Position numbers and translations under genes: made by a program. Below the pieces are notes generated by a model, which was given only the letters and a program-made list of their open reading frames with translations, was not told the origin of the DNA and searched no databases. A DNA stretch of 64,000 nt from Hypanus sabinus (taxonomy: Eukaryota): assembly GCF_030144855.1 (NCBI RefSeq), contig NC_082725.1, positions 46,128,001-46,192,000 of the forward strand, in the 5' to 3' direction. Below are positions 26,993 through 40,319 of this stretch, in pieces (the stretch's first letter is position 1; each line of letters opens with the position of its first letter).

Positions 26993-28649
26993 AAAGGCTG
27001 CAGCTTCCTTACAAAATGACCCTAATTTGGTTGTAGTATCTCTTCTTGCAACTTATGTGTATTTCACAGTGGAATTTGAGCTTTGCTTTACTTAGAAATA
27101 GTATTTTGGATTTATTCCAACTGGCATTTAAAAAAGCGAATAAAGCAATGGGTCAGCAATTTTACATAACTTTATCTGAAAGATCTATATTGCTACATCA
27201 ATGGTAACTGATTAGGCTCAGACCTTATGCCAACTTTTTACCTGGCACAAACAATTTTCAGTAGTCAATTTAAAGTTAATAAGGGAGTCCTTTATTAATT
27301 TTAATTGTGAATAAATGTGTCAACTGGAGCAATTTCACTTTTGTGGTATTAATAAGGTTCAACATAGCCAGGCCCCTCATTCTTTTGATCCCATAGGTTT
27401 CCAGGATCCATTTACGGATGTATAAAATGACATGTGCATACCGACACCGGGTCTCCTTGATGATGATACATGACTCAGAGTCAAAAGCAATCCTGAACAG
27501 TTTGTGAATGGAGCAAATTTGAGATTGCACAATCTGGAAGACAGTTTCTGCACTCGAAGTTATCCCCTCAGTATCATACAGAGATTTGATTGTTGCAGTG
27601 CAGTGTGTCTGATACATTCTTGGCACATACATCTAATTTAGAGAGGAAGAAATATTTGGAGAAGTGCTTCCTGTGTATTTATCTGAAGCTTTCAAAGTAC
27701 AAAGTAGTCCAGGATACTTTGGAAACCAGATTAAAAATTAGTCTTAGATCATTCAACAATATAAAAGAGATTAGAAAGGATAATCAAAAGATTGATTGAA
27801 GAAACAGTTTTTAAGATGACTTTTAAAATCTGAAGTACAAGGACAGATCTGGTTGTTTTTAATCCACTCAAATAACCGTTGAACTCATTGTCTAGCTAGA
27901 TTTAACCCTAAACTGAAAAGGAAAGACCTTGAACTACACCAGCTGCCACTACAGAAAGAAAAGATCACATTGGTCAAGTTGCAATAAACTTCAAGTTAAA
28001 ACAATTTCACACTGAACCCACCTATATACACTAAGTGAGACCTAAAACATATTTTCTATGTTTAGGCCCAATTCCACTCTTAATTTGAAGGTTGTAATTA
28101 CAAAATCAACTAGTGTAATTAATTGGGATTTCCAGGAGAGGGCAGCAAGGAACCTCAGGTTTTAGAGGATCCCGATACATTCAAGCTGCAGAGTCTGCTT
28201 ACAGCAGCACCAATAACTACACTTTTCTGTGCTGTACTTTTAACAAACAATGTCTTCTGATAACCCTTTTGGTAACAATTTTTTGACAACATAACCCATC
28301 AAAATTCTTGAACCCCTTGTGCAATGTATTTAAAAACTGTAGCTATATTCTCTGACTGTAAATTTGCTAAGTTCTGCACACCACACCACATACCTCCTGA
28401 TTTGCAATGAAAACCAAGGAATATCGGCTTATCAACATTACTGAAGACATGTTGGAATAATGGTTACTAATTCCAATGCGCAGGCAAACCTTGCATTACA
28501 GCTGTTCACAGTATAGAAATTCATCCTATGGAATTCAGAAATTACTACCCAAAAATGCAAGATGCAGAATACAAATGTCAAAGAATTTGAGAGGAAAAAT
28601 TCAAAGCAAAACATGAATTTCTTATCTGTTTTCACTCACAACCTTTGTT

Positions 28650-29820
28650 CAAGAGAATCTAATAGAGATATTTCTGGGAATTATATGCTAATGAGTCTTA
28701 CATCAGTAGTGGGCAAACCATCGGAGAAGATTCTCAGAGACAGGATTTACAAGCGTAGTCTGATTGAGGATAATCAGCATGGCTTTGTGAAGGGAACTCG
28801 GGCATCATGAGCCTGATTGACTTCTTTGAGGCAGTGACAAAACAAATTGATGAAGGTAGATCAGTGGATCTCGTGTATACAGATTTTATTAAAACATTTG
28901 ACAAGGTTCACCATGGTAGCTTATGCAGAAAGTTGGATGCATAGATTCAGACTTGACTTGCCCTGCCCAAAGTCAGAGGATAGTAGTAGATGGAACATAT
29001 TCTGCCTGGAAGTCGGTGAGTAGTGGTGTTCAACAGGGACATGTTCTGGGACCTTGCTCTTTGTGATTTTTAACATGACTTAGATGAGGAAGTAGAAGGG
29101 TAGGTTAGTGACATGAAGTTGCCACACAGGTTGATAGGGTTGTTCAGAAAGCACATATGTTAGTCTTCATTAGTCAATAGATGGAGTTCAAGAGTCCTGA
29201 TAACTTGATAGAGGTGTACAAGATAAAAGGAGGCAAGGACAGAGTGAACATCCAGTGCCTATTTTCCAGACTGGCAATGGCTAATATGAGGGCATAACTT
29301 TAAGTTGATTGGAGGGACATATAGGGGCAATGTAAAAGGTAAGATTTTACAGTGTAAGGAATCCACTGCCGGGTTGGTGGTAGAGGCAATTACATTAAGG
29401 ACATTTAAGAGACTCTTCGATAGGCACATGGATGAAAGAAAGATAGAGATCTACATGGTAGTGAAGGATTAGATTGAATTTTTCTCTTTGGAGTGAAGGA
29501 GCATGAGGGGTGATGTGATAGAGGTGTGCAAGATGTTATGAGACAGAGAGAGAATGGACAGTCAGAGACTTATCCCCAGGGTGGAAATGTGAGGAAACAA
29601 TTTTAAGATGATTGGAAGAAAGTATATGGTTTCTTACAAATTGGTGGTTGCTAGGGAACACTGCCAGTGGTGATGGTAAAGGCTGATAACTCTCAGACAG
29701 GCAGGTGGATGTTAGAAAAATGATCGTTTATATGGGGGCAGAAGGGTTAATTGTTCTTGGAGTAGGTTACTATACAAGGGTGGCAGAACATCATGTGCTG
29801 AAGGGCCACTCTGTAATGTT
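28650..29820 (+). mobile_element. Highly degenerate CR1 fragments
   Basis: SLTSVVGK, NQHGFVKG, GVxQG remnants. Confidence 0.65.
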
Positions 29821-32800
29821 CTGTTTTAAATCACATGTTGAAAGTGGAAATCTTTCTAGGGGAAAGTTTTTGTTTTTGCGTTACAGAGAAACTATAGAGT
29901 TTTATAGAAACTGTCCATAAATGCAGAGATTGGATGTATTCAGTCCCATTAAAGTCAATCCATCTATAATATTTCACTTTATTACATACAAAGCAATGTA
30001 TAGGGGCTCTGCCTCAACCCCCCCCCCCCCCACACACACACCACCAAGTTACTGAAGCTTTCTATTCCTGTGAACTGTATGTAACTTTAATAGGTCTCAG
30101 ATCAGAAATGGAGGCATAAACTCATTTCTCACATCAGAAAATACCTGCAGCTCTAGGGCAGTGGCACATCCAGCCTGCCATAATTCTGAGCGCTCAATTG
30201 CACAAGTAGGCTACACATAAATAGGATGTTCGTAAGCTGGGAGGAGGGGATCAAAGATGTACTCAGCCCACTGCTTTACACTCATGGAGCACCACAGAGG
30301 CATAGCAGTTAGCACAGCACTGTTACAGCTCAGGGCAAAGGAGTTCCATTCCAACACCATCTGTAAGATGCTTGTAAATCCTTTTGAAATCATTTGGGTT
30401 TCCTCCCACATTCCAAAGATGAATCAGTTAGTAGGTTAATCCATCATTGTAAATGGTCTTGTGATTAGGCTAGGGTTAAATAGGTGGATTGCCAAGCCAA
30501 AAGGGCCATTCCACACAATCTCCTGTTAAAATAAAATGATTGTGGCTAGACAGCTCAAATGCAATCTATAGATATGCCAGTGGGAAAAAAGTGTACAGGT
30601 ATGAGGTAGATCATCTGATTGATCAATCACAACAATCTACACAATGGTAAAACCAACTGCAGACTTAGGATGAGAAAGTCAGAAAACACACCAGTCATCA
30701 AGAGGTCAGTGGAAATTGTAAGTAGCTTCAAGTTCCTGAATGTCGACATCTCAGTGGATGCAATCACAAAGACAGTACACCAGCAGCTATACTTCATTAG
30801 CAATTTGGAGTGATTTTTTGTTACCAAAAACTAGCACATTTTCATAGGTGCACAGTGGAGAGCATTCAGATTGGTTGTATAATCTGCTACAGTATTGGAA
30901 AAAAGCTAGAGGGTTGTAGACTCAAGCAGGTGCAGGATTGGCACTAGCTTCCCTGCCAAAATGCTGCTTGGATTAGAACATGTCTTGAGGATAGGTTGTG
31001 ACAGCTAGGGGTTTGGGACAAAGGATGAGAGGTGACTTGACAAGTGTACAAGGGAGATATGCAGCACAAGTCAAGCAGGTAGCTAGACATTGTACCAAGG
31101 CAGAAGTGGCTAATGAAGGGACATAATTTTAAGGTGATTGAAACACCCTGCCAGGAGTGATGGTAGAGGAAGATACATTAGGGACATTTAAGAAACTCTT
31201 GGGTACATGGATGGTAGAAAAACAGAGGGCTATGTAGCAGGTTAAAAGGTCAGCACACCATCCTGTGCTTTGTTCCATCTAATACTTGGGAGCAGCATTC
31301 AGATCCATTTCCCTCTTCATTCAGGATCACTGAATGGCATCTTTCAACCAATATTTACTACCTTATTACTGTAGCAAGACAAGAGGAACCCTGCACTAAA
31401 TCAAGTGTGTGGGTAGGTGAACACTTGAAAGCATTCATAACCAAGGCCTATGGATTAAATTTGGGTATTTGTAGTCACTCATTTGGTAGTGTGCCTAACA
31501 ACTGGCATGAAATTGGGAGAATAATGCAGATAAGGACAAGGTGTACTTATTGATAATTGCACTGCAGTACTGGTTTGAGACTGTCAAGCACAAAATGATA
31601 CTGGCAAGTCAAACTGAATACATTATTCAAATTCCATTGACACCACTATCTGGCAAAAAAAAACTGGTTACATTACTTTGTTAGTTATCTAGAAGCTTAC
31701 AAGGTACTATGATTCAATTAACATAAAGCCAGAGTGAAACTACACCATTCCTGTTAATGAATTTCTGTTGGGACTATGCCAGTTGTGTTGCAGATGATCA
31801 AAACTCAGTCTACATTTTAATCCAATGCAAATAAGTCAGGTGTTATAGGTCCCCACAATTCAGAAGTATGTCCTTAAACTACCAAGTTATGAGAAATCAA
31901 ACACTGCTTCAAAGGCACAACAGGTACCCAAATTTATATCATTGCAATTAAATAGTCAGAACACTTGAACTTTACATTGATGAATCCATCACATTAAGGC
32001 AATTTAACATTAGTACTTTGCCATTCTTCCAAGTTAAACTGCCACTTAATAGAATTGAAAATTAACCATTTTTGTCAGTGAAGTTATAAAATAAAGCAAA
32101 ACAGAAAATAATCCAAACCATTAATTATACTCATGGTAGATGAACCAATCCCATACCTTAGCTGCGTATTTGAATTCATTCTAATTGCAATTAAATTGTA
32201 GCTCAAAACCAAACTAATCTCATGTGAAGGCAAGAATCATTTTGTTCCTGCAGTAGTTCTTCCAGTCAAGGCTATCCAAGTTTCCTTTACCCCATTAACA
32301 GTTGTATCTTCAAAGTTATCCCTAAGAGGACTAAGTGAATACAGACATAGTTATTCAAGATTAAAACTATCTTTATACCACCAGATCAGTACTACCAAAG
32401 TTGAGCTAGAATGGAAACTGTTTTGCATTGCAGTATTTAATTTGAACTGAAACTAGATTCTACAGTGTTAATGAGATCTCTTGTATTTTCTGAATATCTA
32501 AACAGCTATGGCATTCAAGGGTGATTTATGATTGTGGTCCCATGGTTCTGAGTGCAACACCAGCTCAATTTCTCTGAGTAGACTTCAACTTGTACCAACC
32601 AAATGGATAAGCAAACCACTAAATATCCATCACATCAAATTTAAAATAAACTGAATGCCCAGTGCTATATTGCAATGTTGAATACTAGTACAGTATATCA
32701 AATGAAATAAGCTGGAAATGAGATTTATCGACATCCTGCATCTGCAGTGTTTTCTATCCATTTCACCATGCTCTTCTGCATCTTTCACTACCACATACAC

Positions 32801-33035
32801 ATCAATCTCTACCTTGATTAGAAGTTATCACTCACTAAAATGCAATTTCACTTCCACTTATGAAATGCAGCACATTAATGGACATGAATCACTATTTACA
32901 TACTTCAACTATTTCTCATTAAAATCTGAGACAAAATAAATACACTTCTTGGAAACTGGCAAGTGACTTGCAAATTGTCAATAAGGAAACATTTAGTATC
33001 AAATGCCAAGGTGAAGTGAAAAACTTTACAAGTTA

Positions 33036-33041
33036 TTTATT
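33036..33041 (-). terminator. Probable GMNN poly(A) signal AATAAA
   Basis: tttatt on the plus strand about 310 nt past the stop codon. Confidence 0.55.
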
Positions 33042-33348
33042 AGTGTACATACTAAAACATCGACTAAAAGCACTTGCTCTTAAATATACAGTTTTCCCTG
33101 GAATGCATTTTGCATACCAAAGTCAAATTTAATAACCTTGTCCATCATATTGCTACAAAAGGTAACATATGCAATCAACTCAAACATTTCCCACAAGATC
33201 AAAGGTCCATGAAATGAAAAGGATGGCAGTTTGTACATCTGGCATTGTTCATTGCAGCATCACTGGAAATTTCTTCCAGAACTAATGGGAATAATATCTC
33301 CCTCCCTTTTGGTGTCAGCAGCTCAAGCAGTCAAGAAAATGATTGTGC

Positions 33349-33531
33349 CTAATCTTCTTCCTCAGATTCTCTCAAGGAACATTTGTCATCAGATTCTTTT
33401 ACAGGTTCAGTAGTCAGCTTGGACTCTGCTTCCTGTTGTGATTCCAGTTTCAACTCTTCAGAACCATGTGTTTCTTCAACTTCCTGTTCTGACTCCTGCA
33501 TTAATTCATCAGCGCTCTGTCCAGTTAATTT
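33349..33531 (-). CDS. GMNN: Geminin last coding exon (acidic tail, TAG stop)
   Basis: acacag acceptor, KLTGQSADEL...ESEEED*, 183 nt; gives a 230-aa protein in total. Confidence 0.88.
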   Translation of the reverse strand, partial: KLTGQSADELMQESEQEVEETHGSEELKLESQQEAESKLTTEPVKESDDKCSLRESEEED

Positions 33532-34089
33532 CTGTGTAGAAAGAAATAACAGTTACTCAAGGATTTAAACTAATGCACTGCATGGATAGGATTTTACTCA
33601 GGTCAGCAGGTGGAGTGATTGAAATAGTAGGCATCAAATCAAGCAAAGTAAGGCTAGGATAATTAACACAGCATGACTGATGGTCTGAAGGTGGCAAGAA
33701 TATCTTGGACTCATCCAGTGAGACCATCTGAGTAGAACTCTGGAGCAAGGTGTATTCACCAGCCGAGGTTAAAATAAGCTTCAATAGACCACAGGAGTCA
33801 GAGCAGATAAGCAGGCAGATCATGGAAAAATTGTAAAATCAGTTACTATGGTCATTTTTGCTTCCCCAGACTTTGCTGGGTGCATAAAGGAGATATCCTG
33901 TTGATTGTCCCACTAGGACTGTGCTAGACTTCATTGGAGAATTAGCTTTGCCAGGTGATTAAAATTTCAGTGAAGGACCATTTTGGGAACAGCAACCATA
34001 TGTGGAGTTTCGAGATTCATGTGCATGGGCAAGACTGATTTTCAACTGAAGATGCCAACTTGGCAGAAGGCCAATTATAACTACTAGGC

Positions 34090-34765
34090 AGGAACACATA
34101 CCAATCCTCAGGGATGAGAAGTGGAGAGTGAGCAGTTTCAAGTTCCTAGGTGTCAAGATCTGAGGACCTAACCTGGTCCCAACATGATGCAGCTATAAAG
34201 GTGGCAAGACAGTGACTGTACTTCATTAGGAGTTTGGAGATATGGTATGTCAACAAAAACATTCAAAAACTTCTATAAATGTACTGTGGGGAGCATTCTG
34301 ACAGGCTGCATCACTGTCTGGTATGGGGCAGGGGGCTACTGCACTGGACTGAAAGAAACTGCAGATGGTCGCAAATTTAGTCTGCTCCATCTTGGGTACT
34401 AGCCTACAAAGTACCCAGGACATCAAGGAGTGTTGTCTCAGAAAGGCAGTACCAACTTTGAAGTTACATACCCAGCACCCAGGGTATGCCTTTTTCTCAC
34501 TGTTACCATCAGGTAGGAGGTACAGAAGCCTGAAGGCACACACTCAGCAATTCAGGAACAGCTTCTTTCCCTCTGCCATCCAATTCCTAAATGGACATTG
34601 AACCCATGAACTCTACATCACTTTTTATATTATTTGTTTTTGCACGATTTTCAATCTATTCAATATACATATGGTAATTTATTTGCATTTATTTATATTG
34701 CATTGAACTGCTGCTAAGTTAACAAATTTCATAACACATACTGGTGATAATAAACCTGATTCTAA
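34090..34765 (+). mobile_element. Rex1/Babar-type LINE 3' fragment in the last GMNN intron
   Basis: HPGYAFFSLLPSGRRYRSL...RNSFFPSAI; paralogous to 48940-49380. Confidence 0.7.
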
Positions 34766-34769
34766 GTAG

Positions 34770-35460
34770 ATTGGGAGCAGCTGAGTAGGGAAAATCCCAT
34801 CCATCATATAGGAGGCCATTAAAGGCCAGAGTTCAGGACCAGCATTTTCCTGATTGGGAAAGGCTGCAAGGTTCAGGAACCATAGATGACACCGATACTG
34901 AAAGTTTAATCAAAGGAAGCACATTAGGCCAAGTATGCAGAGATCAAAAAGGCCCTTGAATACAGTAAGTATGAAAAAAATTAGAAAGATAAAGAGGGGA
35001 CACATCCTTGACAAGTAGGATTAGTGAGAATCCCAAGGCATATTATGCATGTTACAAGCAGGAGGCCAGTTAGGGAAAGGATAAACCCACTGAAGGACGA
35101 TGGAGGGAATTTGTGCACTAAGCCAGAGGAATCACGCAAGCTCCTCGAGAGCTTCACATCGGCATTCACTAAAGACAAGGAGAATGGTGAAATTAGGGAG
35201 TATGTTGATGTTATTCTACACAATGTCAATATAAAAGGTGGTGCTGGGTGTCTTGAAAAAACCTAATGTGGACAAGTCCCCAGGGCCTGGTGAAATCTAT
35301 CCAAAGATGGAAGCAGGAAGGAGATTGCTGAGGCTTCACAAGATGCTAATCCTCTACACTCAGGAGCCAATATTGTTCCCTTGTAGACAGGGAAAACCAA
35401 ATTATAGGCATTTGAGCCTGACATCAGTGGGAAGGAAACTTCAAAGATTCTTAAGGATAC
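34770..35460 (+). mobile_element. Degenerate CR1 ORF2 fragment
   Basis: FTSAFTK, VDKSPGP, NYRHLSLTSVG remnants. Confidence 0.6.
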
Positions 35461-36622
35461 TTGTTCATATTCAAAGGCTATAATAACTAGTAGATTAATG
35501 TACACATTGAAGAGTTTATATTGCACAATGATATTTCAGTAGTGCAAATTGTAGAGATGCTTGAAACAATCTTCCCAAAGCAAAAAATTACAGAACAGGC
35601 TCTTTGGCCCAATATCCAAGCTGAGCATCAAGTGTCCATCTATACGAATCCTACTTATCAGCACTTGATCTATTATCTTCAAGTGCTAACCTAGATGCTA
35701 AAATGGTGAGTGTACCTGCCCCCTCTCAGGCACCCAATTCTGAGATTAGTGCAAGTGGTTAAGGGAGTAGTTGGTTAGGGATGCATTAGAAGTAACCTTC
35801 AGCAGAGAATATAAAAGAGGGGAGGAAAATAATGGTACAATAAAACCAGATGTTCCTGAATTCCTGGAAATTTACACCCCTGGTGTTCCACTAATGGACA
35901 TTTGCTTTAACTGTTAACTGAGCAATTTAGTGTAAAATAAGTATTATGATAAAAATGTCAAGTGTTCGTTAAATGCAATAGGTCTGGATTAATCCAGAAC
36001 TTTTGTAAAACCATTTTATTGCCTCAACTGTTTCATATGAGCTGTTGACAATTAAATTTACAATTCATTTAACAGAAATTATAATGGCATGAAATTACCC
36101 CAGGAATTAAAATTGCATTGTGCAATAATTTGTATTTATAAACTTGAAAATATTTGAAAGATGAAAATTTAGATGAACAAGTTTTATAGCCACAAGTTCA
36201 ATTCCAATCAGTGTATAACAAGTATTTTGTTACAAATGCTAAAACCAAGCTTCAAATATCCTTATCTAGACTTATTATTTTTTTAAAAAAATTTTTGGGT
36301 TGTTTTTATAACTTTAGAGTACAGAACAGAACCATCTAGCCCAACAAACCATGCTACCCAGCAGCCCACCTATTTAACACTATGCTAATCACAGGATAAT
36401 TTACAATGATCAATCAACCTACTAACTGGTAGGTCTTTAAGCTGTCAGGGGGAGCAGGAAGACACTGATACATTGAAAAAATACACATGGTCATGGGGAG
36501 AACATACAAACTCCTTACAGATGACACTGGAATTGAACTCCGCCATCAAGCTGTAATAACATCACATTAACCACTCCACTATTGGTGTTCAAAGACAAAC
36601 CACCCAACTCAAATCTACTCAC

Positions 36623-36733
36623 CTCAATCATATCAGCCATGTACTGTACATGTTCTGCTAACTCCAGTAAATCTTGGTTCTCTTTCTGCAACTTCAAAAT
36701 ATCTTCATCTTTAAGTTCAATTTCTTTGTGTAA
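36623..36733 (-). CDS. GMNN: Geminin coding exon 5 (coiled coil)
   Basis: [37 protein letters not shown], 111 nt, canonical splice sites. Confidence 0.97.
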
Positions 36734-36794
36734 CTACAAGTACAAGAGTGCATTTCAATCATTTCCAAATTTTAGCATTCAGATGACAGATAAT

Positions 36795-39030
36795 ATCAAT
36801 AGACAATAGGTGCAGAAGTAGACCATTCGGCCCTTCGAGCCTGCACTGCCATTTTGAGATCATGGCTGATCATCTATCAATACCCGGTTCCTGCCTTGTC
36901 CCCATATCCCTTGATTCCCCTATCCATAAGATACCTATCTAGCTCCTTCTTGAAAGCATCCAGAGAATTGGCCTCCACTGCCTTCCAAGGCAGTGCACTT
37001 CAGACCCCCACAACTCTCTGGGAGAAGAAGTTTTTCCTTAACTCTGTCCTAAATGACCTACCTCTTATTCTCAAACCATGCCCTCTGGTACTGGACTCTC
37101 CCAGCATCTGGAACATATTTCCTGCCTCTATCTTGTCCAATCCCTTAATAATCTTATATGTTTCAATCAGATCCCCTCTCAATCTCAATTCCAGCATGTA
37201 CAAGCCCAGTTTCTCTAACCTCTCTGTGTAAGACAGTCCGGACATCCCAGGAATTAACCTTGTGAATCTACGCTGCACTTCCTCTACAGCCAGGATGTCC
37301 TTCCTTAACCCTGGAGACCAAAACTGTACACAATACTCCAGATGCGGTCTCACCAGGGCCCTGTACAAATGCAAAAGAATTTCCTTGCTCTTGTACTCAA
37401 TTCCCTTTGTAATAAAGGCCAACATTCCATTAGCCTTCTTCACTGCCTGCTGCACTTGCTCATTCACCTTCAGTGACTGGTGAACAAGTACTCCTAGATC
37501 TTTGTATTTCTCCCTTACCTAACTTTACTCCACTCAAATAATCTGCCTTCCTGTTCTTACTCCCAAAGTGGATAACCTCACACTTATTCACATTAAACAT
37601 TATCTGCCCACTCACCCAGACTATCCAAGTCACCCTGTATTCTCCTATCATCCTCATCACATGTCACACTGCCACCCAGCTGTATCATCAGCAAATTTGC
37701 TGATGTTATTCTCAATGCCTTCATCTAAATCGTTGATGTAAATCGTAAACAGCTGTGGTCCCAATACCGAGCCCTGTGGCACCCCACTAGTCACCACTGC
37801 CATTCAGAGAAACACCCATTCACCGTTATCCTTTGCTTTCTATCTGCCAACCAGTTTTCTATCCATGTCAATATCTTCCCCCCAATGACATGAGCTCTGA
37901 TTTTACCCACCAATCTCCTATGTGGGACCTTATCAAATGCCTTCTGAAAATAAAGGTACACTACATCCACTGGATCTCCCTTGTCTAAATTCCTCGTTAC
38001 ATCCTCAAAACTCCAATAGATTAGTCAAGCATGATTTACCCTTGGTAAATCCATGCTGCCTCGGCCCAATCCTATCACTGCTATCTAGATATGCCACTAC
38101 TTCATCTTTAATGATGGACTCCAGCATCTTCCCCACTACTGATGTTAGGCTGACAGGTCGATAGTTCTGTTTTCTCCCTCCCTCTTTTCTTAAAAAGTGG
38201 GATAACATTAGCCATTCTCCAATCCTCAGGAACTGATCCTGAATCTAAGGAACATTGGAAAATGATTACTAATGCATCCGCAATTTCCAGGGCCACCTCC
38301 TTTAGTACCCTAGGATGCAGACCATCTGGACCTGGGGATTTGTCAGCCTTCAGTCCCATCAGTCTGCTCATCACCGTTTCCTTCCCAACATCAATCTGTT
38401 TCATTTCCTCTGTTACCCTATGTCCTTGGCCCATCCATACATCTGAGATTGCTTGTCTTCCTTAGTGAAGACAGATCTAAAGTACTTAAATTCTTCTGCC
38501 ATTTCTGTTTCCCATAACAATTTCACCCACTTCATTCTTCAAGGGCCCAACATTGTTCTTAACTATCTTCTTTCTCTTCACATACCTAAAAAAGCTTTTG
38601 CTATCCTCCTTTATATTCCTGGCTAGCTTGCATTTGTACCTCATTTTTTCTCCCTGTATTGCCTTTTTAGTTAAGTTCTGTTCCTTAAAAATTTCCCAAT
38701 CATCTGTCCTCCTACTCACCTTAGCTCTGTCATACTTTTTTTTATATAATGCTATGCAATCTCTGACTTCCTTTGTCAACCACTGTGGCCCCTTTCCCCC
38801 CTTTGAATCCTTCCTTCTCTGGGGGGGATGAACTGATTTTGCACCTTGTGCATTATTCCCAAGAATACCTGCCATTGCTGTTCCACTGTCTTTTCTGCTA
38901 GGATATCCGTCCAGTTAACTTTGGTCAGCTCCTCCCTCATAGCTCCATAGTCCCTTTTGTTCAACTGCAACACTGACACCTCTGAGCTGCCCTTATCCTT
39001 CTCAAATTGCAGATAAAAACTTATATTATG
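36795..39030 (-). mobile_element. 5'-truncated CR1 LINE filling the GMNN intron between coding exons 4 and 5
   Basis: KSPGPDGLHPRVLKE, QHGFTKGKSCLTNL, LVRPHLEYCVQFW and a CR1 3' UTR; same orientation as GMNN. Confidence 0.92.
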
Positions 39031-39053
39031 ATAAAAACTTCAATAGTACTTAC

Positions 39054-39136
39054 TCTTTCATTTTCTTGCAAAACTTGGAAAAGGGCTTTTCTCCGCTCCT
39101 CTGCCAGCTCCTTCCAGTATAGAGAAGGAGGATTTG
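39054..39136 (-). CDS. GMNN: Geminin coding exon 4 (start of coiled coil / Cdt1-binding region)
   Basis: (S)NPPSLYWKELAEERRKALFQVLQENER, 83 nt, phase 1 to 0; hallmark YWKExAExRRKAL. Confidence 0.97.
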
Positions 39137-39232
39137 CTGCAAATGCCAAATCATAAGATTTAATCTGCTGTGAAAAGTTAAAAGCCAAGATGCTTGTATT
39201 TTCAAATGTTGTAACAAAACCAGAACACTTAC

Positions 39233-39389
39233 ATTTGACAAGAAGTTGGTAAGCTTTTTTTGTCATATCAGTTCCTGAGTTTTCATTGTTGCATCCTGCA
39301 AAGTCTTGAGGGTTCTGTGTGCGTGATTTCTTGCAACTCTTTGGTTGATCATCATTCCAGTGCTTTCTTTTAGGAGACTGCTTGTGGGA
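39233..39389 (-). CDS. GMNN: Geminin coding exon 3 (KRKHWND basic motif)
   Basis: SHKQSPKRKHWNDD...AYQLLVK, 157 nt, ttgtag acceptor and gtaagt donor, phase 0 to 1. Confidence 0.92.
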
Positions 39390-39529
39390 CTACAAAACAA
39401 ATACAAATGAACAACACAGAAGCTGGAGAAACTCAGTGGTTCACACAAGGAAACAGACAGTCAACTTTTGGGGTTGAGACCATTCAGCAGACAAATCACC
39501 ACCTTTATTCTATGCTTTTGCTTTAAAAT

Positions 39530-40000
39530 TCACTAGCTACTTTATTAGGCACACTTGCACATTAATGCAAATATCTAATCAGCCAATCATATAACAACTC
39601 AATGCATGAAAGCATGCAGACATGTTCAAGTGTTTCAGTTGTTCAGACCAAACATCAGAAAGGGGAAGAAATGTGATCCAAGTGACTCTGACTGCGGAAT
39701 GACGATTGGTGCCAGACAGGACGTTTTGAGCAATTCAAACTGATTGATCTCCTGGAATTTTCAATGAACAGCCTCTTGAGTTGACAGAGTGGCTTGAACA
39801 AATAAATCATCCACTGAGTGGCAGTTCTGTGGACGAAAATGCCTTAGATCTCAGGGAAACAGCCACTAGTTCAAGCTGAGAGGAAGGTAACTCAAAAAAC
39901 TGTAACAGCATGCAGAAGAGTATCTCTGAATGCATGACACATCAAACCTTGAAGTGGATAGGCTACATCAGAAGCACACATTGTTCCAAAGTTCCACTCC
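39530..40000. mobile_element. Degenerate, inverted second copy of the same Tc1-like element inside a GMNN intron
   Basis: Reverse-complement similarity to 9760-10260 (ctaatcagccaatcat, gttcagaccaaacatcagaa). Confidence 0.6.
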
Positions 40001-40217
40001 TATACCAAATATAGTTCTTGTTTGTGTAAAAACCAAAAAGGAATGAAAACCAATTACACAAAACATTTACTACCAAGAAATAATTCCATGAACAATTTCC
40101 AATTGCTGACTGGAAACTTGGTATAAAAAAATTAATGCAAAGCAAAATTAAGTACCAACCCTAGACTACTCACACATGAACATTAAGGTGAAGTAAGGAA
40201 AGTTGCATGTGACCCAC

Positions 40218-40319
40218 CTCATTTAACCTGCCAACAAGCTGATCTGAAGTAGCAACAGGTTGAATTACTTGCAATGTTCGTCTTAGTGATGTATTACTTG
40301 CAACTCCATTGGTGAAATT
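40218..40319 (-). CDS. GMNN: Geminin coding exon 2 with APC/C destruction box (RRTLQVIQP)
   Basis: NFTNGVASNTSLRRTLQVIQPVATSDQLVGRLNE, 102 nt, AG/GT flanked; matches human RRTLKMIQP...LVGRENE. Confidence 0.93.

Noticed and set aside
27276-27632. 118-aa minus-strand ORF in apparently unique sequence
   Set aside because: No recognisable domain or convincing splice boundaries
10528-30040. Poly-C runs near 10528, 24148 and 30018
   Set aside because: Simple homopolymers with no associated structure
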